Shown here in pieces: positions 1 through 9,229 of a stretch of 64,000 nucleotides of DNA (within the stretch, counting starts at the first letter, position 1; every line of letters begins with the position of its first letter). The stretch is from Camelus ferus (taxonomy: Eukaryota), in assembly GCF_009834535.1 (NCBI RefSeq), contig NC_045697.1, positions 80,540,001-80,604,000 on the forward strand. Direction: 5' to 3'. Both the position numbers and the translations under genes were made by a program. The notes beneath the pieces are model-generated. The model saw nothing but the letters and a program-made list of their open reading frames with translations, had not been told where the DNA came from and made no database searches.

Positions 1-303
1 TTTTATGGTGAAGTAAATTAGAAAATACTGTATAAAAATTTCCTTCTGTTAGAGATTTACAAAGCAAACTACAATTTTTGAAACTTTAAGTCTGCACAAA
101 ATGACCCCTTTAGCCATGCTGAACTCCGCATTTCCTGAACTTGTTTTTCCTTGGAACTCTTTTTCAATGTAAGAATAACTCTATCTTTTGAATTGTAAGA
201 TACCATCTTTTTAAAGTCACCTCATTATTTTATGTGCCACTAAGAAAGGAAAACACTGACAGCATGCCTTTGATTTTTAAGACCCATTCAAATATACAGC
301 TGA

Positions 304-776
304 TGTAGACATTTTTCCAAAGAAGAAATGCGGATGGTCAATAGGCACATGAAAAGATGCTCAACATTGCTAATCATCAGGGAAATGAAAATTAAAACCA
401 TAATGAGATATCACTTCACACTTGTCAGAATGGCTATTATCAAAAAGTCTACAAATAAATGTTGGCAAGGGCATGGAGAGAAAAGAGCTGTTGTACACTG
501 TTATTGGGAATGTAAATTGGTGCAGCCACTGTGGAAAAGAGTATGGAGGTTTCTCAAAAAACTAAAAACAGAACTATCACATGACCCCACAATTCCACTC
601 CTGAGAATATATCTGGAAAAAAACCCAAAAACACTAATTTGAAAAGATACATGCATCCCAATGTTCACAACAGCATTATTTACAATTGCCAAAACATGGA
701 AACAGATGAATGGATATATATATATATATGATCTTCTTTATCCATTCATCTGTTTCCATACATATATATATGTATG

Positions 777-812
<36 letters not shown>

Positions 813-1260
813 TATACATATATATATACACACATACACACACACACACACATAGATTACTACTCAGCAATAAAAAAGGACAAAATTTTGCCATTTGTGG
901 CAACATGAATGGAGTTGGAGGGCATTATGCTAAGTTAAATAAGTCAGGCAGAGAAAGATAAATAGTGTATGATATCACTTATATGTGGAATCTAAAAAAT
1001 ACAACAAACTAGTGAATATATCAAAAAAGAAGTAGACTCAAAAATAGAGAACAAACTAGTGGTTACTAGTTGTGGGGAGGGGGAGTAAAGGGGTAGGAGA
1101 GTGGGAGGTACAAATTTTGGGGCGTAAGACAGGCTCGAGGAAGTATTGTACAACACGAGGAATATAGCCAATATTTTGTAATTGTAAATGGAAAGTAACT
1201 TTTAAAAATTATATAAAAGTAAAAAAAAATTTAATAAAAAATTTAAAAACTATAAAGAAT
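304..1260 (+). mobile_element. 5'-truncated LINE-1 (ORF2 C-terminal remnant, 3' UTR and A-rich tail)
   Basis: ORF 328..642 translates to an L1 ORF2 C-terminus-like peptide ([23 protein letters not shown]...[14 protein letters not shown]). L1 3' UTR and A-rich tail at ~1200-1260. Candidate TSD ATACAGCTGA (294-303) / ATACAGTTGA (1265-1274). Confidence 0.93.
715..853. repeat. Compound (TA)n/(CA)n microsatellite inside the L1
   Basis: Visible TA and CA dinucleotide runs, interrupted by an inverted L1 segment at 731-759. Confidence 0.95.
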
Positions 1261-1814
1261 AACCATACAGTTGACAAAACACAAACTCAGGAAGTAGTAC
1301 TTTATCCTATGTAATGAAATGGAAATATATATTCTACACGTGAAATATTAGAAGTTAAAAAACTTAAATTATTTTTGTTCATTTTAGTAATTTCTATAAT
1401 AGTCCATCAATTCTTTTATGGAGTTCCATAAACTGTGAGAAGCTGTCCTTTGAATGCTGACATAAATGCACTTAATAGTATGCTACCACACCACCACGTT
1501 CACTTCTTTAATCACAGTTGTAAGTTCACATATCACAGTTCTAGCTCTCTGTGAATTTTCAAGTGTAAATTATGAGGCTTGGAGGCCACATTAGGAGAGG
1601 GCACTTTAAAGAAAACTCCAGGGCTGACAGGAACCACATCAACCCATCCTCACTGAGGACCCATGATAAACCTCATTACATATCACACTCCTTTAATCCT
1701 CCTTATGAGGTTTGCATGTGTGAGTTCCTAACTAGATTCTTAACTACTCCATGTAGGGTCCAGATCTTCATTTCTCTGTATCTCCCCATCATGTTGACTT
1801 TGTATAAGAGTAGG

Positions 1815-3075
1815 GTCATTATATATCTTATTTATTAACAAGAGAACACTTTTGTCCATGCCATAGACAAGTGGAAACATGTCTTATTTGCAAAATCCAT
1901 ATTATATCACTTAGGTTGTTAGCAAATCATACCTTCAGTTGCCTACTTGTAAAGGTTTTTGTTTGTTAAAGTGAATAATATAATTTTATATAGACGTCAA
2001 ATCAGAAAAGCCTCACAACTTGTTAGTGCCATAAAATGTCATTTTAATAATTAAGATACATAAATAAAGTGTTTATGATAGCAACAATAAAGTTGTCTCT
2101 CAATTCTGTACAAACATTGAATTCCCAAGTAATTTGTAAGGAATATATTCACCTTATTACATTCAAAATAATGGTTGAACAATGATGATTATCATTTTTT
2201 CTGAAAAAATTTCTTTTCATATTCTATGAATTCACACAGTATTACAGTAATTTATAATATTACAGTGCTTGATAATCTTGATGGTATGAAATAAAACTCT
2301 TCAAATGACATGTAGAAAATAAAAATAAAATAATTAAAAACCATCTGTATAACTTTCTATGAAACAAAATAATTAATTTTTTCTGTAAAAATAAATTATG
2401 TACTTTATGCTGAAACATAACTCTATTAAAGTGTTTAGAAAACAGTTACATTCACGTTTTGGCAGTGTGCTCATTTTTATTTGCCATTCCCTCGTACATG
2501 ATAAAATGAGGTGCAAGCTGTTCACGTGTGAGAAAAAAACAGCTTAATTTCACAGGAAAGGAAAATGATATATGAAATGGAATTAATTAAAAACCCCAAG
2601 TGTCCTATAACAGAGATAGAAAAATTCACTAAGAAAAAAAGTATTTTTCAAGGCCTTTGAGGTGATGCAACCTTTGACTAGACTTTACCAAAGGTAGTTT
2701 TAAATCTTGCTACCCTGTAACTTCCACCGAGTTAGCATGTAAATCAATCACAGACTGCAGTCCTATGTTATAATGTAACGCATAGTGTTTGGTCGGTTGG
2801 GTGAAGCACAGCTGCACTCCTCACTGACTACACCTTGTATAAAGGAGCAAGAGAACGAAACATCTCTGTTATCCTCTAAGGGTGGCTCCCAAGAGTAGCA
2901 CCTTTGGCACCGAGCAAAAGTTTTCCAGGCAGCAGAAGTCTCTGGAGTGGCCCAACACGAAAACAGTCTGATGCTGATGGCAGTGATCCCATTGAGCCAA
3001 ATTTTGCTGGTTCACCTAGAATACGGGTGAAGGACTAAGAACTGACCTAAGCTTAAGTTAGGAAAAAATGTGTAC
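1815..3075 (-). other. ARSJ: ARSJ 3' UTR (3' end uncertain)
   Basis: AU-rich sequence with no recognisable repeat directly after the TAA stop. Minus-strand hexamers AATAAA at 2481-2476 and 1836-1831, ATTAAA at 2048-2043 and 1512-1507. The real cleavage site cannot be determined from sequence alone. Confidence 0.6.
1831..1836 (-). terminator. Candidate polyadenylation signal AATAAA for ARSJ
   Basis: tttatt on + at 1831-1836, ~1.24 kb past the stop; one of several candidate hexamers. Confidence 0.35.
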
Positions 3076-4474
3076 TTATCCACGAGTAACACCTGAATGG
3101 CATTTTGGAAATGCGCCTGCTTTCTGTTGTTTCTTCTTTGTCTTATTTTTCTTCTGCTTTTTCTTAGCCTTATTTTTGCTTGGCTTCTGTTTTTTGTTTT
3201 CCTCTTTATACCAGGGTCCCCAGACGCCTCCATTGAGCCGAGGATTACTTCTAGGGTCTTTGGGGGGGTACCTGACAGGCACTGCGGTTTTGTTGAACTG
3301 GGAGAGCCTCCGGAGGAGCTGCTTCACGACTCCGGGGTACCTGTTAGAAAGATCCACTCTCTCATACGGGTCGGCTGTGATGTTAAACAGCCACACACTT
3401 TTGCCAGTTGACAAGGTAATCCGTTCATTGTGCCACCGGTTCGGCCCCAGGTTGCTGAAAGACTGAGGGGGCACCCAGTCACTGTACCCCGGGTTCCCTG
3501 TGAGCAGTTTCCAGTGCTGCACCCTGATGGCCGACTGGATGGCAGTGTTCCAGATCCCATAGCCTGCGGCCAAGGAGCCATTTTTTGCTTTGGTATAAAT
3601 GGGGTCGATGTTGTGCAAAATATCCACTCGGGGAGAACGAAGGCCTTCACTGATGGTCTCCCAGACATCATAGCCATCCAGCTGAATGTCTTCATCAATC
3701 TGTCCTTCAGCCAGTGAAATCAGAGTCGGGTACCAGTCAGTGATGTGCACAAGCTCCTTACACACCGTTCCCTTGTTTTTCAGAAGCGGGCTGTGCACGA
3801 AGCCAACAGCCCGGATCCCACCTTCCCAATAGGTTCCTTTGCTCCCTCTGAGAGGCCAGTTACTTCCTCCTGCCGTGGGCTGGCCACCGTTATCTGAAGA
3901 ATATATGATAATGCTGTTGTTATAGAAACCATACGTCTTTAGAGCCAGGGTCACGTTGTTGATCGCTTCGTCTAAGCAGGAAAGCATGGCAGCATACCTG
4001 CGCCTGTTGATGTTGATGATAGATCTGTAGTGTTCAAAATACCTGCCGGGGGCTTGCAGTGGGGAGTGCACAGCCTGGTAGGCGATATATAAAAATATAG
4101 GCTTTCTGGGGTCATGGGAAGCTAGGATTTGCTGCACTCTCTGAGTGTACATCTGTGTGGAGTACACGCCATTGTCGTAGTCCCAGGCAGCATCGTCATT
4201 TTCATACAAGTCATAGCCACACATCCCGGGGCTGTCACACTTGTAGTGTGTATAGTAATCACCACTTCCTAAGAGGGAACCAAAAAAGGTATCAAATCCT
4301 CTCTTGGTGGGCATACATTCTTTTCTATAAAAACCCAAGTGCCATTTTCCAACCATATGTGTTGAATATCCGACCTCCTTCAGCTTCTGAGGTAGGGTTG
4401 CGTTGTCCAGAGGTAGGCAGTTGGGCTGGGTAGGTCTTATGATAGAATGTTGAAGTCCGGTGTGTATCTGATAC
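3076..4474 (-). CDS. ARSJ: Arylsulfatase J, last (second) coding exon; 465 full codons plus the split codon
   Basis: Intact [50 protein letters not shown]... with the sulfatase signature GYxTxxxGKWHLG, the SSDNG metal-ligand motif, six N-glycosylation sequons (NAT, NVT, NNS, NGS, NIT, NKT) and the Lys-rich tail typical of ARSJ rather than ARSI/ARSB. TAA stop at 3078-3076. The ORF-track start MPR (TTG at 4482) is intronic; the exon begins after the AG at 4476-4475 (phase 2). Confidence 0.97.
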
Positions 4475-4503
4475 CTTGGCAACAGAGTAAAAATTTGTTA
4501 GTA
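4475..4503 (-). promoter_or_regulatory. ARSJ: 3' splice site of the ARSJ intron: TACTAAC branch point, short pyrimidine tract, AAG acceptor
   Basis: Minus strand reads TACTAACAAATTTTTACTCTGTTGCCAAG|GTATCAG; the predicted branch A at 4498 is position -24. Confidence 0.88.
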
Positions 4504-4814
4504 GAGGATAAAAGAGAGATTTCACATAAAACAATGATTCTTAAATTAAACAATGTTTCTATGAAGAAACAAATAAAATATGCTCAGTTCAGCATTTCTA
4601 TTGTTGACCCCAAAGTCCTACCCTGATTAGGTACATATTTAATGTCTGAAAAACATTTCACTTTGAATCAGTACTTTTGAAACTAAGATTTCACCACTTA
4701 CCTCAGTCTTTTTAAAATTCTTACAGCAGAGTTAATTTGCATAAACTTTAATCTTTTAATTATATGACATAGAAAACTAACATGATAAAGGAAAGGACAT
4801 AAATTCAGAGTGTC

Positions 4815-5494
4815 TGTGACCAAGCAGGATCCTATGGGGCCTTCTCAAGGCAGAAGTCCCCTTCCCCACTCCCCTCCCCCATGTCCTCTGCCTGCCTCTT
4901 GTTTGTAGAAGCACTGTAGCCCCCTAGGCCTTCCCTGAGTTCCAAAGAATAAACTTAATCAGAGAAGTGAGAAAGTGTAGAAACAAAGGAAAACAATCAA
5001 GCAAGACAAAATACTAATAGTTTGGCCATTAAGCAAAGACAAAGGCCTTTTAGTTCCTCCTTGAGGGCTGTAGATAATATTCTGAGCCATATCCTAGAAC
5101 TATTTTGCAGGTACTGAAACCCCCACCAGGTGGGAGAAGTTAACTGTATGCTGCCCACAAGCACGCAGACCCCAGACTGGCTGGAATAAGAAGGTTGCTG
5201 ACGATGACTCCCAATTACCTCACCACCAACCAACCAGAAGAATGTTCACGAGCTGATCATGCACCACAACCCTCTCCCTCATGCTGCCTTTCAAAATCTT
5301 TCCCTGAAAGCCATTGTGGAGTTCAGGGTCTTTGGGGGAGTTCAGGGTCTTTTGAGGATTAACTGCCTGTTGTATTCCTTGCTTGCAGCCATGCAGTAAA
5401 CACTGCACTTTCCTTCACCACAACTTGATGTCAGTAGATTGACTTCACTGTACACTACACATGGGTGAGTAGATCCAAGTTTGGTTCGGTAGTA
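4815..5494 (+). mobile_element. ERV1-class solo LTR (~680 bp), antisense to ARSJ
   Basis: Starts TGTGACCAAGCAGG and ends CCAAGTTTGGTTCGGTAGTA (decayed ...CA). 4-bp flanks TGTC/TGTT. Degenerate poly(A) signal AGTAAA at 5395-5400. Confidence 0.85.
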
Positions 5495-6244
5495 TGTTGT
5501 TGCTGTTGGTCTAAGGGCCTCACATTAGGTCCTAAATAATTTCCTGAAACAATTTATTCCAAGCTGATTCGGGAGTCCTAAAAATATCTGCAAAAATTAT
5601 ACAAAAATCTCCTGTTTGATTGTCAAAACCTCTTAAATCTCTGTAAAGAGAGAATATTTCTAACTCACAATACATTGTTGTTGAAAAGCATTTTAGAGTA
5701 AATATTTTAGCTAGTACTAACGAAGGGATTACATCTTTCCAAAAACAGCAGGAAGTGAGTCCTTTCATATGTTTCCCACAGTGTCTCCTTTTTAAGAAAA
5801 TTATATTCACTTACAATTCAGTCTAAGAAAACAAGGTAACTCTTTCCATACATTAAAATTAAGGGTATGTTAATTTCTGGCACTGTTCTCTTCCCAAGGA
5901 TATTTTGCAAACAGCTTTTTTTCTAGAGAATGGTTATTATCACATAAGTGTATGAATTTTCAATTGGGTCAAGATGTGCTCATTAGTTCATGCTATTTGA
6001 AAAGCGATTAATTCTATAGTTATTATTTAAGTTCAAAAAGACTTTTTAAATAGGAAATATAGAGATTATGAGAAAATGAAGTTTTCAGAGACTGTTACTA
6101 TAAAAGTAAAAATATTCTTGAAATCAAATTACAAAGAGTAATATTGAAATTAAAAATGATTTTTTTTTCAAATCAATTGAACCTGAAAGGCAAATGTGTT
6201 ACCCATGCCTTGGGAGAATAGTTCAATTTTTTTTTTGACTCATC

Positions 6245-6510
6245 TTTTTTTTTCTTAATTGAAGTATATAGTCAGTTACAATGTGTCAATTTCTGGTGTA
6301 CAGCATAATATCCTTGTCATGCATATATATAAGTTCATTTTCATATTTTTTCATTAAAGGTTATTACAAGATATTGAATATGGTTCCCTGTGCTATGCAG
6401 AAGAAATTTATTTTTTATCTATTTTTATATATAGTGGTTAACATTTGTAAATCTCAAGTTTTCAGATTTATCCTTTCCCACCCCCTTTCCCCGGTAACCA
6501 TAAGATTGTT
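6245..6510 (-). mobile_element. Short LINE-1 3' end (lineage-specific, camelid-like)
   Basis: Poly-T followed by ttaattgaagtata...caagatattgaatatggttccctgtgctat...ggtaaccataag, the reverse complement of an L1 3' UTR. Confidence 0.85.
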
Positions 6511-6722
6511 CAGTTTACAGTACAATGCAACAGTGAGTTATTTCAAAGTGTCAATTGCAATAACATGGTGATGGTTTCACAGAAGCTGTAGGGATGTCTG
6601 GTCACTAACACAAAGCAGTATTTATATGGGTCCTGTCTACTCTGCTGGTCATTTAGCTGTCAGAGTTCACAATTAACACAGTTGTGGTAGTTTAAAATGT
6701 AATAAACCCCCAAAGAAATAAG

Positions 6723-6769
6723 CTTTTCATAAGCATTACTTAGCACTAAATTCATAAAATATAATTGCT
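6723..6769 (+). repeat. 47-bp direct repeat, copy 1 (copy 2 at 8711-8757)
   Basis: 44/47 identity by manual alignment. Confidence 0.92.
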
Positions 6770-7404
6770 CTTGATAATTTTTTTTTGCTCTTGATATTTT
6801 TTGATCCAGCTCAGTATTGAAAACATTCATTTGTGAAACCACCAATTTTTGTATAAGTACATGACGATTTGGTAACACCCATCAACATAAACATTGAAGA
6901 TATTTAAAAAGGAGAAATTTGCATTAGTAAGAATTTTGGGAAGGATTCGTTGGCATGGGTTATTAACTAAATAATTATCTCATGCAGAAAATGTACTTGG
7001 CCAGAGTTATATATTCAATTCATTGAACAGCTGAACAATTGAGCCTTTCTAATTAAATTGGACATTTTGCACCTAGTAGTAAAGGCAAAAGGAATTGGGG
7101 CTTTTGAAAAGCATAAAATACAGAAATTGTACACACAAAAGAGTAGGAAAGAAGAGGTCTGATGTTTTCAGAAGATGATACAGTGTTAGCGGTAAATAGG
7201 AGAGTTCAGAGCTATTAATCAACTGTGTGGTTTCTGTCTTCTCCGAAGAGTAGAATAGTTTCCATGTTGGAAAATTTAGAATCTAAAGCATAAAGGTTTG
7301 GCAGCAGCTCCTAATAGAAGAGAGCTTTTCAGGGCAGCTCCTGCTTAAATGAGTTCAAGCCTCTGGGGCCAAATGGGAGGGAGTTTGAGGTAGAATTGGA
7401 GGCA

Positions 7405-7630
7405 AGGGTTAAAGGTATAGGTTTTGGGGTCAGACGGAGCTGGGTTTGAATTTGTTCCAGTGCTTATTAGCTGTGTGACTTTGGGCAGTACTTAACCCCT
7501 CTGATCCTCAGTTTCCTCATTTGTAAAATAGGGATAATAATACATATTAGGTTGCTGTAGCATCGAAAGAGAGCACAGAGTCTGGTAAGGAGAGTACATT
7601 CAATAAGTGATGGCTTTTACTATTATTATT
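7405..7630 (+). mobile_element. MIR SINE
   Basis: Core tagctgtgtgactttgggcagtacttaacccctctgatcctcagtttcctcatttgtaaaatagggataata. Confidence 0.88.
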
Positions 7631-7679
7631 CCAGAGTTCTGAGTCATACATTACTAACATATTTATTTAAAGTTTTATA

Positions 7680-7860
7680 GGCCTTCTTTCACATGCATTA
7701 TTGCATTTAGTCCTCATCATAACAGTGAGAAGTGGGATTCTTTATGTTCATCATTTTATAGATGGGAGAACAGAGATACAGAAATGTCCCGCAACTCCCC
7801 CAACCTACTTTACCAGGCTGTGAATTGGGTTGTGAGCCACAAGGACTAAGGTTGATGCTC
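7680..7860 (-). mobile_element. MIR SINE
   Basis: Reverse MIR core: catttagtcctcatcataac...cattttatagatgggagaacagagatacaga. Confidence 0.7.
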
Positions 7861-8710
7861 TCTCTAGTCTCTTTAAGAGTTACTTTCAGTACTCCTTGAA
7901 AAATCAAGGAGCAGAGAAAAGATGCTGTCTTGAGAAGTGAATCTGTTCTTTCTAATTAAAGGTAGGAAGGATTTATAAACCACATAGTGAGGTTTATACT
8001 GATCCCAGGGAAAAAATCTGAGAATAATTCTTTAAGGAGAAAATTTGTGACAACTTCAGAACAAAAATTAGGCAGAGTCAAAAAGAAAAATCCTGCCAAG
8101 TTAGTTTCCTTTTCTTTTTTAAAAAGGATCAGAATTAGGAAAATAGCTTAGGAAAATGATGGGCATTTGAAGAATCTGCTCATGATTTTTTTGTTTTTGG
8201 TAAAATAATGGAAAATCAACTGTATGACAGCACTCTATATTCATGATGAGAATGATAATCTTACATTTTCATATCAGTTAACTGCATTAAAAAATGTTCA
8301 CTTACATGATCTTCTCTGGCTTCCACAACTGTATGGAACAGGCAAGGAGGTTCCATTTATTAGTTCCCTCTAACAACAATAACAACAATAAAAGGACACT
8401 GAACCTCAGAGTAATTCAGTGGCTCACCCACGTTTTACAGCTGTTAAGTTGAATTCTACACTGGAATCCAGATTTTTGGCTTTGGCGACTTTTCCATGGT
8501 ACACTCACAGCTCCCTGAACAGCTAGACCCATGTAAAGTTTGGGTTAATTTATCTGCATTAATCTTCAGTATTTATTCATTTCTTCGGTTAAGTAATATT
8601 ATTGAATGTAGAATGTATGCCAGGAATTAAGTTTTTGTTTTGTTTCGTTTCTCTTCCCACCTCTCAAAGTTGTTATCCTAGTAAATGGATTGTAAGTAAA
8701 GATCCTATTA

Positions 8711-8757
8711 CTTTTCATAAGCATTATTTAGCACTAGATTCATAAAGTATAATTGCT
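8711..8757 (+). repeat. 47-bp direct repeat, copy 2
   Basis: Matches 6723-6769 at 44/47. Confidence 0.92.
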
Positions 8758-8989
8758 GATGGGGTAATGTGAAGGTATCAGTTCTCTGAACCCTGGGATC
8801 AGATGGAGACAGTGCTGTCAGTCATGGAGAACAGCACTGAATGCCAACAATTTTTTTTTTCTTTCAGAAAGGAGATGGTTGGCATCTAGGGAAGATCTTG
8901 GTAGAGTCTTTGGCTTGTCTGTGACTTTGACTTGGCAACAGCAATCAGCTGGAAGACCAATTAGGTAATTCTTCAAAATTATATTAATT

Positions 8990-9200
8990 AGTATTAACTG
9001 GTTAACTGGTTGAAGACCCCTGATCTGGAAGGCAGTTTCTAGAGCACCACAACTGGGCTCTTCCTTCGGCTTCAACTCATTGATTATTATTATCCATGAC
9101 TTGAATAAAGAAATATAAGACATGCACATTATCTGGGAGAAATAGTTAATATTAAAGGTGGCATGATGAAGATTCAACATAAGGACTTGAAGGACCTGAA
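8990..9200 (+). mobile_element. Ancient L3/CR1 LINE fragment
   Basis: tggaaggcagtttctagag...atccatgacttgaataaagaaatataagacatg resembles the CR1 RT region; heavily diverged. Confidence 0.5.
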
Positions 9201-9229
9201 ATGTTGTTGAAACAAATACAATGAAATAT

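Noticed and set aside
661..961. ORFs with YIYI/HTHT/CVCV runs (also 47479..47859 and 34133..34507)
   Set aside because: Translations of dinucleotide microsatellites inside L1/L2 elements.
3220..4090. Elevated CpG density suggesting a CpG island or promoter
   Set aside because: Confined to the coding exon and explained by codon constraint.
4475..4482. ORF-track start MPR for the 468-aa ORF
   Set aside because: The TTG lies in the intron. The protein would lack the signal peptide and the CxPxR motif; the exon starts at 4474 after the AG acceptor.
3012..4534. Overlapping alternative-frame and antisense ORFs (e.g. 3068..3466 +, 3012..3233 -, 3324..3698 -)
   Set aside because: Shadows of the GC-richer ARSJ exon and its A-rich Lys codons; no independent protein similarity that I recognise.
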